A DNA stretch of 64,000 bases, taken from positions 548 through 64,547 of the forward strand of contig JBBSCG010000005.1 in assembly GCA_038250515.1 (NCBI GenBank), written 5' to 3'. Every line of letters begins with the position of its first letter. Position 1 is the stretch's first letter. The notes below the pieces were generated by a model that saw only the letters and a list, made by a program, of their open reading frames with translations, made no database searches and was not told the DNA's origin. A program made the position numbers and the translations under genes. Source of the stretch: Candidatus Limnocylindria bacterium (GTDB lineage Bacteria > Chloroflexota > Limnocylindria > QHBO01). Positions 29,887 to 40,228 of this stretch are shown here, piece by piece.

Positions 29887-30624
29887 CTACTCGCGCGCCT
29901 CACCGAGCTCGACCAGCATGCGACGATCCTCGTCGCTGAGCTGAACGCCGTCGAGCAGGTCCGGGCGTCGCTCGAGCGTGCGGCGCAGCGCCTCGCGGCG
30001 GCGCCAGCGATCGACCTCGCCGTGGTGGCCCGAGAGGAGCACCGCCGGAACGTCCATGCCACGGAACGAATTTGGCCGCGTGTATTGCGGGTACTCCAGC
30101 AGGCCGGCGGAAAACGAATCGCCCTCGTGTGACTCGGCCTCGATCACGCCGGGCACCAACCGCGCCACGGCGTCGATCAGCACCAGCGCCGGCAGCTCAC
30201 CGCCGGTTAGCACGTAGTCGCCGATGCTCACCTCGCGGTCGACCAGCGCTCGTGCTCGCTCGTCAATGCCTTCGTAGCGTCCGCACACCAGCGCCAGGTG
30301 ACCGACGGTGGCCAGCTCGCGCGCCAGCGCATCGGTCAATCGTTCGCCGGCGGGATCCATCAGGATCACCTGCGCACCGGCCGCGCGCAGCGGCTCGATG
30401 GCCGCATACAGCGGCTCTGGCCGGATCAGCATGCCCGCTCCCCCGCCGTACGGGTAGTCGTCGACCGACCGATGCCGGCCGAGGCCGTGGTCGCGCAGGT
30501 CATGGATTTCGAAGCGGACAATGCCCCGCTCGACCGCGCGACCGACCACCGAGGCGCTCAGCGGTGCGTTGAACAGCTCCGGGAAGAGAGTCACCACGTC
30601 AATCTGAAGGCGCGGCTCAGACAT
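29887..30624 (-). CDS. trmD: tRNA (guanine37-N1)-methyltransferase
   Basis: SPOUT knot signature ([24 protein letters not shown]). Start at ATG 30624. Confidence 0.95.
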   Translation of the reverse strand: MSEPRLQIDVVTLFPELFNAPLSASVVGRAVERGIVRFEIHDLRDHGLGRHRSVDDYPYGGGAGMLIRPEPLYAAIEPLRAAGAQVILMDPAGERLTDALARELATVGHLALVCGRYEGIDERARALVDREVSIGDYVLTGGELPALVLIDAVARLVPGVIEAESHEGDSFSAGLLEYPQYTRPNSFRGMDVPAVLLSGHHGEVDRWRRREALRRTLERRPDLLDGVQLSDEDRRMLVELGEARE

Positions 30625-31117
30625 CTTCGGTCTCGTAACGCACGACCATCCGCCCGTTCTGCAGGTCGATCTCGCGAACGACGGCGCGCAGCGCCGGGAC
30701 GAGCAGCTCTTCGCCTTCCGCAGGTTCGATGCGATAGACCTCGTTCTCGCCCGCGCGGAACACCTCCACGAGGATGCCCAGCGCGGTGCCTGCCTCATCG
30801 GTCACGTTGAGGCCCTCGAGCTGGTGCCAGTAATAGCTGCCCTCGGGCAGCTTGGCCGCCTCGATCTCGAGGTAACGATCCCTGAGCGCCTCCGCTGCCT
30901 CACGGGTGACGATCCCTTCGAGGCTGATCACCGGGATGCGCCCGCCGCGCTGCATCTCGACGATGCGTCGCGGCGCGGCCTCGCCCTCGACGAAGAGCTG
31001 CTCCCCGGGCTCGAGCCGCTCAGGCCAGTCCGTCAGTGCCTCGATGCGCAGCGAGCCCCGCAGCCCCTTGACCCCGGTGACGCGCGCGACGGCCAGACGT
31101 TCAGTCGTTTGGAACAA
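30617..31117 (-). CDS. rimM: 16S rRNA processing protein RimM
   Basis: RimM N-terminal domain plus PRC barrel. Conserved position between the KH protein and trmD. Confidence 0.9.
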   Translation of the reverse strand: MFQTTERLAVARVTGVKGLRGSLRIEALTDWPERLEPGEQLFVEGEAAPRRIVEMQRGGRIPVISLEGIVTREAAEALRDRYLEIEAAKLPEGSYYWHQLEGLNVTDEAGTALGILVEVFRAGENEVYRIEPAEGEELLVPALRAVVREIDLQNGRMVVRYETEDV

Positions 31118-31337
31118 TTTCCAGCTCGACGTGGCGTCCGTCGCGCGAGCCCATCACCCGCAGCAGGCTGCGGATGGCGTTCGCGATCCGCCCGTCACGG
31201 CCGATGACCCGGCCCATGTCGCCCTCGTCCACGCTCAGCGTCAGCTCGACCTCGTCGTCGCGCTCCTCGACCTCGATGTGGACACCGTCGGGATTGTCGA
31301 CCAATGCGCGGGCGACGTAGTCAAGGAACTCCTTCAT
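31101..31337 (-). CDS. KH-domain RNA-binding protein (UPF0109/YlqC)
   Basis: 78 aa with a GRVIGRDGRIANAIRSL KH motif. Sits in the conserved rpsP-KH-rimM position. Confidence 0.85.
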   Translation of the reverse strand: MKEFLDYVARALVDNPDGVHIEVEERDDEVELTLSVDEGDMGRVIGRDGRIANAIRSLLRVMGSRDGRHVELEIVPND

Positions 31338-31687
31338 TCGATGACCTTCGCTTCGCTCTTCGGCGCGCTCTTCGCCTCGGCCTTGGGCTTGCGAGCCCGC
31401 GGCTTCTTCGCGGCCGGTTCGGCCGCCTCGGCTGTTGGCGCGTCCTTGCCGATGCCGACCTGGCGCATCAGCTTGGCCACGGTCTCGGACGGCTGCGCGC
31501 CCTTGGAGATCCAGGCGTTGAGCCTGTCGGCGTCGATCTGCACCGTCGCCGGATCGGTCAGTGGGTTGTAGAAGCCCAGGATCTCGAGCGCACGCCCATC
31601 CCGGGCGCGACGGCTGTCGATCGCAATGACCCGGTAGGACGGGCGCTTGGTGGCCCCCACGCGGGTCAGTCGAATACGTACTGCCAA
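31334..31687 (-). CDS. rpsP: 30S ribosomal protein S16 with a Lys/Ala-rich C-terminal extension
   Basis: MAVRIRLTRVGATKRPSYRVIA if started at TTG 31687; the track ORF starts 3 codons earlier at GTG 31696. Confidence 0.85.
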   Translation of the reverse strand: MAVRIRLTRVGATKRPSYRVIAIDSRRARDGRALEILGFYNPLTDPATVQIDADRLNAWISKGAQPSETVAKLMRQVGIGKDAPTAEAAEPAAKKPRARKPKAEAKSAPKSEAKVIE

Positions 31688-31739
31688 GGTTCTCACTTAC
31701 CTCTCTGTCATGTCAGCGGTTGCTGTGTCCATTGAGCGA

Positions 31740-33305
31740 TCACTCGATGGTGGCGATCGCGTGGAATTCGATGCGATTCTCGCGCGCCGGAGCGGTGACT
31801 CCCACGCCGGTCACGTGGCTGAGGATATCGCGAGTCTCGGCCGGCAGGTCGATTGACGCTCCGAGTCCGTCGAGAATGCTCGGCAGATCGACGTACAGCT
31901 CGGTCCCCCCGCGTGCACCCGCTACGGCGAACGTGTGCTTGTAGCTATCCGATGCACTGAGCGTTTCCCCATTGGCGTGCGCGCTCACGGCTGCCGCGAC
32001 GTCATCGGGAATCAACGCCACGATGATGACACCATCGGTCATCGTGTACGACACGCTGCCCGTCTGCGGGACCTCGAGCGTCGTGATCGTGACGCCGTCG
32101 GCGTCGCTGGTGGTGACCTGCGCACCACGCTGCTTGAGGGCGTCGCGTATGCGGTCCAGCGACTGCTGTCCCGCGTCGGGATTCGAAGGACGGAGCAGCA
32201 GCTGGCCGTGCGGCATCGGCTCACCGAGACCGCTGACGGCGATCGCCGACTCGCGATCGAACAGCGGCAAGAGATCCTCGTCGACGTTGAGGCCGAGGCC
32301 GAAGGCGATGACTGCGCGCGCCTGCGCGATCACCTGGGCGATCTGTTCGGCTCCCTGCTGTCGACCGATGCTGGCCTCCGCCTGCTCGAGACCCTGTCGC
32401 AGTCCAAAGACGACCGCCTCGGCCTGCGTGCGCACGGGCATCCAGTCGGAGAGACTGGCCGGCTCAGCGGACAGCGCGAAGCCTGCTCGCCCGGAGGGGC
32501 CGGCCTGCGCCTGGTCAAAGGGCACCTGCCCGATGACGTGCAGACCTTCGTCCCCCGCGACGAGCGCGAGGTTGGCGGTCGAAAAGCCGGCCAGCTGCTT
32601 CGGCATGCCGCTCAGCGCGGCCAGGCCGTCGAGGTCGAGATAGACGGACGCGAGATGGTCCGGCGGCAGATCGGCCATCGCCGCACGGAACGCCGAGTCG
32701 TCGCCCAGCGACGCCGTGGCGCCCGAGCTGGTGTCGATGGCGGCACGCACCTGCGCGGCATCGCGGCCGATGACGACCAGCCGGTCGTCCGCCACGAAGG
32801 CGTACGCGCTCGTCGGACTGCTTCGCAGACTGATGCCGCGATAGCTCTCCTCAGTCGGCGCCGCGCCGTCCCGCCGAACGAGCCGGTCGAGCGCACCGCC
32901 CGCCGCCGCGCGATCCTTCACGGCGGCGATGACCAGGACCTGGACATTGTTCGCCGTTGCATCTGCCGGCTTGACGGCCACCGCCAACTGGTCGCCGAGC
33001 CACGGCTTCAGATCACGCCGGTAGTCCAGGCCCGACCCTGCCAGCAGCCGCTGCACGACCTCGTCGATCTTGGTATCGAGCGTGGCCTGGTCGCCGAACC
33101 CGGGCAGCCGGCCCAGCAGGCCGGCGAGGTTCATCTGCTGTGCCGAGGACGGCTGCAGGTAGAAGTTCACGTAGATCGGCGTGCCGGCGGGAACGACCGA
33201 GGCCGCGCGATCGGTCGAGGCGCTGAAGAAGAGCAGGTAGCCGCCGATCACGACGCCGCCGACGAGCGTCAGCAACGTGGTCAGGGCAATGACGAGGCGA
33301 TGCAT
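31740..33305 (-). CDS. DUF3352-like membrane-anchored protein (N-terminal TM then a large extracytoplasmic domain), hypothetical
   Basis: 521 aa with one N-terminal TM helix. Inserted between ffh and rpsP. Confidence 0.6.
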   Translation of the reverse strand: MHRLVIALTTLLTLVGGVVIGGYLLFFSASTDRAASVVPAGTPIYVNFYLQPSSAQQMNLAGLLGRLPGFGDQATLDTKIDEVVQRLLAGSGLDYRRDLKPWLGDQLAVAVKPADATANNVQVLVIAAVKDRAAAGGALDRLVRRDGAAPTEESYRGISLRSSPTSAYAFVADDRLVVIGRDAAQVRAAIDTSSGATASLGDDSAFRAAMADLPPDHLASVYLDLDGLAALSGMPKQLAGFSTANLALVAGDEGLHVIGQVPFDQAQAGPSGRAGFALSAEPASLSDWMPVRTQAEAVVFGLRQGLEQAEASIGRQQGAEQIAQVIAQARAVIAFGLGLNVDEDLLPLFDRESAIAVSGLGEPMPHGQLLLRPSNPDAGQQSLDRIRDALKQRGAQVTTSDADGVTITTLEVPQTGSVSYTMTDGVIIVALIPDDVAAAVSAHANGETLSASDSYKHTFAVAGARGGTELYVDLPSILDGLGASIDLPAETRDILSHVTGVGVTAPARENRIEFHAIATIE

Positions 33306-33317
33306 CGGTCTCCTTGG

Positions 33318-34655
33318 CTAGCGCCCGAGCAGGCCGCCCAGGCCCCCGCCGAGCTTGGGCATGCGTCCCCCACCGAGCTGCTTCATGAGCCGCTGCATCT
33401 CGACAAACTGCTTCAGCAGCCGGTTGACATCCGGCGTCGACGTCCCGCTGCCGAACGCAATGCGGCGCCGCCGGCTGGCCTTGATCAGCTCCGGATGGCG
33501 GCGCTCCTCGGGCGTCATCGAGTCGATGATCGCCTCGATGCGCTTGAGCTGGCCGTCGTCGACAGCCTGCTGGGCGGCTCCCGCCATCTGGCCGGCACCA
33601 GGGATCATCTGCAGCACCTGGCCGATGGGACCCATCTTCTTGATCTGCTGCAGCTGGCTGCGGAAGTCCTCAAGGGTGAAGCGCGCCTCCATCATGCGCT
33701 GCGCGACACGTTCGGCCTCGACCTGGTCCACGTTCTCCTGGACGCGCTCGACGAGCGACAGGACGTCACCCATTCCCAGGATGCGCTGCGCGAGGCGATC
33801 GGGATGGAACACCTCGAGACCGTCGGTTCGCTCTCCGGTACCGATGAAGATGATCGGCAGGCCGGTCGTCTGCCGGATGGAGAGTGCCGCACCGCCACGG
33901 GCGTCGCCGTCCATCTTGGTCAGCACCAGGCCGGTCACCGGCAGCCGCGCGTGGAATGCTTCGGCGACCTTGACGGCCTCCTGGCCGGTCATGGCGTCCA
34001 CCACCAGCAGCGTCTCGGCCGGCGTCACGGCGCCGACGATGCGCACCAGCTCCTCCATCATCGGCTCGTCGACGTGCAGCCGCCCCGCCGTGTCGAGCAG
34101 CATCACGTCGTAACCGCGCTGGCGCGCGACCTCCAGGCCGCTGCGCGCCACCTCGAGCGCCGGCGTACCTACCGGCCGGCTGTGCACCTCGATCCCGATC
34201 TGATCGCCGAGCTGCACAAGCTGATCGACCGCCGCGGGTCGATAGACATCGGCCGCGACGAGCAGCGGCTTGCGACCATCCTTGCGCAGTCGCACCGCGA
34301 GCTTGGCGGCGGTCGTCGTCTTGCCCGAGCCCTGCAGGCCCACCAGCATCAGGACCGATGCCTTGCTGGGAAGCTGCATCTCATGACGTTCGCCACCGAG
34401 GATCTCGACAAGCTCGTCGTGGACGACCTTGATGATCTGCTGGCCGGGATGCAGCCCGCTGAGCACCTCGCCGCCGAGAGCGCGCTCGCGAACGCGCGCC
34501 ACGAACTCCTTGACGACCTTGAAGTTGACGTCGGCCTCGAGCAGCGCCAGGCGGATCTCGCGCAGCGCCACGTCGAGATCGGCCTCGGTGATCTTCGCCT
34601 TCCCACGCAGGCGCTGGGCGACGTTCTGCAGGCGCGCGGAGAGAGATTCGAACAT
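33318..34655 (-). CDS. ffh: Signal recognition particle protein Ffh (SRP54)
   Basis: N, G (GLQGSGKTTT, DTAGR, TKMDGD) and M domains. Confidence 0.95.
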   Translation of the reverse strand: MFESLSARLQNVAQRLRGKAKITEADLDVALREIRLALLEADVNFKVVKEFVARVRERALGGEVLSGLHPGQQIIKVVHDELVEILGGERHEMQLPSKASVLMLVGLQGSGKTTTAAKLAVRLRKDGRKPLLVAADVYRPAAVDQLVQLGDQIGIEVHSRPVGTPALEVARSGLEVARQRGYDVMLLDTAGRLHVDEPMMEELVRIVGAVTPAETLLVVDAMTGQEAVKVAEAFHARLPVTGLVLTKMDGDARGGAALSIRQTTGLPIIFIGTGERTDGLEVFHPDRLAQRILGMGDVLSLVERVQENVDQVEAERVAQRMMEARFTLEDFRSQLQQIKKMGPIGQVLQMIPGAGQMAGAAQQAVDDGQLKRIEAIIDSMTPEERRHPELIKASRRRRIAFGSGTSTPDVNRLLKQFVEMQRLMKQLGGGRMPKLGGGLGGLLGR

Positions 34656-34761
34656 GAACTCAGTCGGTGGCGGGCTTGGTGTCAGGCGCCGGCAGGTGGC
34701 GCGGAGCCGCCCATGCTACTACCCGCCCGATGGAGCGGCAACGCGACGAGCCGGTTGCCGC

Positions 34762-35757
34762 TCACGCGGCGAAGAGCCAATCGACGTACGCGGCGGGGTC
34801 GAACGGCGCCAGGCCATCGAGATCCTCGCCGATGCCCGCGAATAGGATCGGCACGCCGAGCCGATCCGCAACGGCGACCGCCACGCCACCCTTGGCGCTG
34901 CCGTCGAGCTTGGTCAGCACGATGCCGGTGACGCCGGCCTCGGCGCTGAACGCCTCGGCCTGCAACAGTCCATTCTGCCCGGTCGTCGCGTCCAACACCA
35001 GCAGCACGTGGCGCGGCTGACCGGCTGCCTGACGCTCGATGACGCGCCGCATCTTGGTCAGCTCGGCCATCAGCTGCGTCTTGTTCTGCAGCCTGCCGGC
35101 GGTGTCGACCAGCACGGCGTCAATCCCGCGGAACTGGGCGGCGGCAACCGCGTCAAAGGCGACCGCGCTCGGATCCGCCCCAGCACGCTGCGCGACCACT
35201 CCGGCGCCAACCTGCTCACCCCAGATCCGCAGCTGCTCGATGGCCGCCGCGCGGAACGTGTCGCCCGCCGCGAGCAGCACGCTGTGCCCTTCGCCCTTGA
35301 GGCGCGCCGCGAGCTTTGCGATCGTGGTCGTCTTACCGCTGCCGTTGACCCCGACGAACAGGATCACAGCGGGTGCCTCGCCGAGCTCGAAGGTTCCCGA
35401 GCCGACGCGCTCGAGACGCTCACGCACCTCGTCGGCGAGCGCGCGCCGCACGTCATCGCCGGACTTGCCACCCTGCTGCCGAACGCGCGCACGGGCTACG
35501 TCGACCAGCTCCATGGTGGTGGTGGCACCGACATCGGCGGCGATGAGCGCCTCCTCGACCTCGTCCCAGGTCGCTTCGGTTGCTGGCACGCCGGCGCCCA
35601 GGATCGAGCCCAGCCGCGCGCCGATGCCACTCGGTAGGGCGCGCAACCCCATGCCCGTTGGCTGCCGGGTCGGCCGTGCCACCGTTGTCGGAATCGGCTC
35701 CGCAGTTGGCTCGGCTGACTCATCGGCTGGCGTTGGATCGCGCCGTCGCCAGAACAT
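34762..35757 (-). CDS. ftsY: SRP receptor FtsY
   Basis: NG domain (GVNGSGKTTT, DTAGR, TKLDGSAKGG) with a short acidic N-terminus. Confidence 0.95.
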   Translation of the reverse strand: MFWRRRDPTPADESAEPTAEPIPTTVARPTRQPTGMGLRALPSGIGARLGSILGAGVPATEATWDEVEEALIAADVGATTTMELVDVARARVRQQGGKSGDDVRRALADEVRERLERVGSGTFELGEAPAVILFVGVNGSGKTTTIAKLAARLKGEGHSVLLAAGDTFRAAAIEQLRIWGEQVGAGVVAQRAGADPSAVAFDAVAAAQFRGIDAVLVDTAGRLQNKTQLMAELTKMRRVIERQAAGQPRHVLLVLDATTGQNGLLQAEAFSAEAGVTGIVLTKLDGSAKGGVAVAVADRLGVPILFAGIGEDLDGLAPFDPAAYVDWLFAA

Positions 35758-38700
35758 CTAGGCGCTCACTTCGACCGGAAGGTCGGCCAGGCGCAGCGAC
35801 AGCACACGACTCACCGCCGCATCGGACATGGTCACGCCGTAGATCGTGTCAGCGACCTCGATGGTGGCACGATTGTGGGTGATCACCACGAAGTCGGTCG
35901 ACTCGCTGAGCTTGCGCAGCGCGTCGACGAATCGGCCGATATTGGCCTCGTCGAGTGCCGCGTCGACCTCGTCGAGGATGCAGAACGGGACCGGGTTCAC
36001 GCTGAGCATGGCGAACAGCAGCGCCACGCCCGTCAGCGCCCGCTCGCCACCGGAGAGCATGGCCAGGCGCTGGAGCCGCTTGCCGGGTGGCCGGACAACA
36101 ATCTCGATGCCGCCAGGCGCCTCGCCGTCGCTCCCGTCGCTCATCTGCAGCGACGCCGAGCCCCCGGCGAAGAGCAACTGACAAAACTCGTCGAATCGTT
36201 CGCCGATGGCGGCGAATGCCGCGTTGAAGCGCTCGCCGATCTCGAGGTCCAATCGTGCAAGCAGCTCATCGGTCGAGCCGATCGCCTCACCCAGGTCTGC
36301 GTCCTGGCTGGTGAACTCCTCGAGCCGCGCAGCCAGTTCGCGATGCTCCTCGACAGCGAATGGGTTGACCGAGCCGATCTGGCCGAGGGTGCGGCGCACG
36401 CGTCGCAGCTCGGTCTCGAGCGTCTCATCGTCAAGCTGCGCCAGCTCCGTGTGGAGCCCCTGGTCAGGGCGCTCCATGCCCTCCTCCGCCGCCTCGGGCA
36501 GGCTTTCGAACGCCAGCTCTTGCTCACGCGCCAGTGCCGCAAGCGTCTCCTCACGGCGCGATGCCTCGATCGCTGCTGCCTGCGCAGCACGCTCGAGCTC
36601 CCCCAGGCGTCCCGAGGCGGCGCCGCTGTCGCGCTCGAGCTCGAGCTCGAGCAGCTCACCACGCAGACGCTCGCGATCGGCATCCGCCACGGACCTCGCC
36701 TGGGCAGCCTGCGCGTCCGCGCCTCGCGCCGCGTCGGCGGTGTTTGCTGCGAGCGCCCGATCGGCGTCAACCGCCGCCAGCGCCTCGGACTGCCCGGGAA
36801 GTGTCGCGTTGAGCTGCGCCGATCGCGCTTCGAGCAGCGAGCGCGCCTGCCGCTGCCCGGCGCTCCGCGCCTCGGCAACTTCGGCCGAGGCGCGGAGCTC
36901 GGTCCAGGCCGCGCGTGCGGCGTCACGTGGCAGCGCGGCGGCGTCACGGTTGTGCCGCGCATCAGCCGCGGCAGCGGTCAGCGCATCGATGCCGCCGTCA
37001 TCCTCGATCGGCGGCCGGGATGCAACTTCGCGCGCCGCGTTCTCGGTGGCGCGCGTCCGCTCGAGCTCCCCCGCGAGCTCGAACACCTCTCGCTCGATGC
37101 GTCGCAGCTTTCCTTCCGCAGTCTCCAATGCGACCCGTGCGCTGCGCTCGGCCCGTTCGGCGTCAACCTGCCCGCGGCGCGCATCATCGAGCGCGCTGCG
37201 GGCTTGCTGGTGCGCCGCCTGGGTTGCCGCGGCCGCTACGACGGCAGCACGCTCGTCCTCGGTCAGGGCGGCGATCGCAACGCTCAGATCGCGGCGGCGC
37301 GCGTGCCTGCGGGCGGCGCCACCGCCCGGCGCGTCGCCGCGACCGCGCAGCGTGAGCAGGCCTCGACCGTCGGCGAGGTCGCCATACGGTGTCACAGCGA
37401 ACCAGCCCGTCGGCAGTCGCGACCATCCCGCGGTCAGCGCCGCCAGGTCCGGAGCCACGACCGTACGCGTGAGCACGGCCGGTGCATCCGAAGCGCCGAT
37501 CCACTCGGCGACCGTCTGGGTCGCCCGGACGGCCAGCGTCGCCTCGTCGCGGCCGTCCGGCTCACTCGACCCGGACGCCAGAAAGCGGGCGCTGCCGCGC
37601 GCCGTGTCCAGCTGAGCATTCAGCTCCGCGTCACGCCACAGCAGCGCCTCGCCCAGCTCGCCGCCGACCACCGCCTCGATGGCCGCCCAGGCGTCCTGTG
37701 GGGCGTCGATCGCATCGAGCAGCGACTTCCAGCCGGCGGCGAGCAACAGTGGCCCGATGCGGTTGCCGCTCTCTGCCCGCTCGCGCAGCGTCTCGAGCTC
37801 ACCTCGGGCAGCCTCGGTACGGCGAGAGAACTGTGCGGCGCGGCGTTGCACCTCGTCAGCGCTCGCCTGGGCCTCTTGCAGCGCTGCGGCGGCGGCGGAC
37901 AGCCGTGCATCTGCCGCTCCCCGCGCGGTGACCGCCATGGCCAACGCGACGCGCTCCGGCTCGATGCCGTGCGCAGCAGTGTCATGCGCCTCGTGTGCCG
38001 CGGCCAGCTCAGGCTCCAATCGCTCACGCCGGACAAGGGCGGCCGCGATCGCGTCGCTGCGCCTTGCGTCAGCGGCAAGCCGCTCTCCGTTGTCACTCCG
38101 CGCACCGGCCAGCCTGTCCTCAGCCGCCAGCAGCGCGGCGTCCGCCGCCGCGAGCTCCGCGATGGCTGATTGCCACGCTTGCTCGGCGTGCGCCGCGCGC
38201 TCGAGCGTCGGCGCGACATCGTTGTCAACCGCCGCTGCCCGGCGCTGCAACCTCTCACCCACTTCGGCGAGCTCTTGCTCTCCGCGCTCCACCGCGACGG
38301 CGAGCTCCTCCCAGCGTGCCGTCAACGACTCCAACCGACTCTCGGCGCGGATCAGGGCCTCACGCGTTGCCTCGCGACCACCGGCCGCGCCTCGAGCTGA
38401 CTCCTCCGCCTCCCAGTAGCGCCGCTCCGCAGCCTCGACATCGGCGCGACCGGCGAGCTGGACGGCGCGCAGCGCCTCGAGGCTGGCCTCCGCCGCGGCT
38501 GCAGTGCGGCGCGCCTCGCCCAGCCGTTCGCGACCCGCACGCTCGCGACGGTGGTGCGACTCACCGAGCCATGCGCGTGCGCGCCGCAGCAGGTTGTCGT
38601 GCTCCTGCTGGTGCTGCGCCTGCAGTGCGAGCCGTCGTACCTGCGGCTTCAGCTCAGCGACGAGGTCATTCACGCGGGTCAGGTTGTCGCGCGCCCGACT

Positions 38701-39246
38701 CAGCCGCGCCAGCGCCTCGTTCTTGCGGACCTGCAGGTTCTTGACGCCAGCTGCCTCCTCGAACAGTTGGCGGCGCTCCTCGGGACGCAGCGACAGGGCG
38801 GCGTCCACGGTCCCCTGGCCGACCACCACCAGCCCATTGGCGCCCAGCCGACCCTCCCCGAGCAGCTCGACGATGTCACGCAGCCGGGCGCGTGCGCCAT
38901 TGATCAGGTATTCGCTCTCCCCGGATCGGTAGGCCCGTCGACCGATGCTGACCTCGACGAACTCGATCGGCAGCCAGCCATCCGCGTTGTCAAGCGTGAG
39001 CACCGCCTCGGCCATACCCTGCGGCTTGCGCTGCTGCGAGCCGGCAAAGATGACATCGTCCGACTTGCGCGTGCGCAGCGAGCGGTTCGACTGCTCACCG
39101 AGCACCCAGCGAACCGCATCGGCCATGTTGCTCTTGCCACTGCCGTTCGGACCGATGACCGCATTGACGCCGCGCTCGAACACGAAGCGAGTGGGATCGG
39201 CAAAGGTCTTGAAGCCGTGGAGCCGCAGCTCGCGCAGGCGGCTCAC
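35758..39246 (-). CDS. smc: Chromosome segregation protein SMC
   Basis: 1162 aa with Walker A (GPNGSGKSN), long coiled coils, a hinge and a C-terminal signature/Walker B (LSGGE...ILDEVDAALD). Confidence 0.95.
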   Translation of the reverse strand: MSRLRELRLHGFKTFADPTRFVFERGVNAVIGPNGSGKSNMADAVRWVLGEQSNRSLRTRKSDDVIFAGSQQRKPQGMAEAVLTLDNADGWLPIEFVEVSIGRRAYRSGESEYLINGARARLRDIVELLGEGRLGANGLVVVGQGTVDAALSLRPEERRQLFEEAAGVKNLQVRKNEALARLSRARDNLTRVNDLVAELKPQVRRLALQAQHQQEHDNLLRRARAWLGESHHRRERAGRERLGEARRTAAAAEASLEALRAVQLAGRADVEAAERRYWEAEESARGAAGGREATREALIRAESRLESLTARWEELAVAVERGEQELAEVGERLQRRAAAVDNDVAPTLERAAHAEQAWQSAIAELAAADAALLAAEDRLAGARSDNGERLAADARRSDAIAAALVRRERLEPELAAAHEAHDTAAHGIEPERVALAMAVTARGAADARLSAAAAALQEAQASADEVQRRAAQFSRRTEAARGELETLRERAESGNRIGPLLLAAGWKSLLDAIDAPQDAWAAIEAVVGGELGEALLWRDAELNAQLDTARGSARFLASGSSEPDGRDEATLAVRATQTVAEWIGASDAPAVLTRTVVAPDLAALTAGWSRLPTGWFAVTPYGDLADGRGLLTLRGRGDAPGGGAARRHARRRDLSVAIAALTEDERAAVVAAAATQAAHQQARSALDDARRGQVDAERAERSARVALETAEGKLRRIEREVFELAGELERTRATENAAREVASRPPIEDDGGIDALTAAAADARHNRDAAALPRDAARAAWTELRASAEVAEARSAGQRQARSLLEARSAQLNATLPGQSEALAAVDADRALAANTADAARGADAQAAQARSVADADRERLRGELLELELERDSGAASGRLGELERAAQAAAIEASRREETLAALAREQELAFESLPEAAEEGMERPDQGLHTELAQLDDETLETELRRVRRTLGQIGSVNPFAVEEHRELAARLEEFTSQDADLGEAIGSTDELLARLDLEIGERFNAAFAAIGERFDEFCQLLFAGGSASLQMSDGSDGEAPGGIEIVVRPPGKRLQRLAMLSGGERALTGVALLFAMLSVNPVPFCILDEVDAALDEANIGRFVDALRKLSESTDFVVITHNRATIEVADTIYGVTMSDAAVSRVLSLRLADLPVEVSA

Positions 39247-39974
39247 CGCTCGCCCGGGGCCGAAGCCGCGCCCGTCTCCTGTACCAGCTCTTCGAGCGCC
39301 GCGACTGCCGCATTCTCCTCGGCACGCTGCCGACTGGTTCCCTCGCCGGTCGCCAATGTTCGGCCATCCAGCAGCGCGGCAACGGTGAACGTCTGCTCGT
39401 GCGGCGGACCGGAGGTGGTAACGAGGTCATAGCGCGGCTTGGTATGGCGGTGTCGCTGCGTCCATTCCTGCAGGCGGCTCTTGGCGGACTTCGGTGGACC
39501 GTCTTCCTCGCCCGGCAGCTCGACCCGCTCGGCCATCAGCGGGCGCAGCCAATCCCAAGTGGGCTCCAGGCCTTCGCTCAGGAAGATGGCGCCGGCCACC
39601 GCCTCGAAGGTGGCGGCCATCAGCGACGGACGGGTGGCTCCCCCGGCATCGGCCTCGCCTCGGCCCAGCAGGAGGTATCGGTCAAGGCCAAGCTGCAGCG
39701 CGAGGGACGCGAGGGCGTCTCGATTGACGAGCGCCGCGCGACGTGCGGTCAGGAAGCCCTCGTCTTCATCGGGATAGCGCTCGTACAGGAATCGGCTGAC
39801 GATCAGACCGATGACGGCATCGCCCAAGAACTCCAGGCGCTCGTTGTGCCCGGCCACGGCCTGCGGATTCTCGTTGAAGTAGGAGCTGTGGACGAATGCC
39901 TGGCGAATGGCTTCCGGGTTTCGGAGCTCGATGCCGAGTCGGTCACCCAGCTCGTTGATGCGCGGAGTGACCAT
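39243..39974 (-). CDS. rnc: Ribonuclease III
   Basis: RNase III signature ERLEFLGDAV plus a C-terminal dsRBD. Confidence 0.95.
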   Translation of the reverse strand: MVTPRINELGDRLGIELRNPEAIRQAFVHSSYFNENPQAVAGHNERLEFLGDAVIGLIVSRFLYERYPDEDEGFLTARRAALVNRDALASLALQLGLDRYLLLGRGEADAGGATRPSLMAATFEAVAGAIFLSEGLEPTWDWLRPLMAERVELPGEEDGPPKSAKSRLQEWTQRHRHTKPRYDLVTTSGPPHEQTFTVAALLDGRTLATGEGTSRQRAEENAAVAALEELVQETGAASAPGER

Positions 39975-39983
39975 CTAGCAATG

Positions 39984-40226
39984 CTACTGCTGATGCTCCT
40001 CGATGTACTCGACGGCGTCGGACACCTTCTGGATCTTCTCCGCGTCCTCGTCGGAGATCTCCATGCCGAACTCTTCCTCGAGACTCATGATCAGCTCGAC
40101 AAGGTCAAGCGAGTCGGCGTTCAGGTCCTCGACGAAAGAGGCCTGCGGCGTCACCTCTTCTTCGTCGACGCCCAACTGCTCGACGATGAGCTTTTTCAGC
40201 CGGTCGTACGTCGTACCGTCGGTCAC
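39984..40226 (-). CDS. acpP: Acyl carrier protein
   Basis: 80 aa with the [12 protein letters not shown] phosphopantetheine site. Confidence 0.95.
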   Translation of the reverse strand: MTDGTTYDRLKKLIVEQLGVDEEEVTPQASFVEDLNADSLDLVELIMSLEEEFGMEISDEDAEKIQKVSDAVEYIEEHQQ

Positions 40227-40228
40227 TG

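Noticed and set aside
31935-34931. 998-aa plus-strand ORF (and similar long ORFs at 15087-16994, 16607-18973, 35875-38169, 44195-46504, 4001-5608, 60767-62707 and others)
   Set aside because: All lie antisense to strongly conserved genes (ffh/ftsY, nrnA, infB, smc, recG, rodZ, ileS). They have Arg/Ala/Gly/Pro-dominated low-complexity composition and no SD. These are typical open-frame artefacts of about 70% GC DNA.
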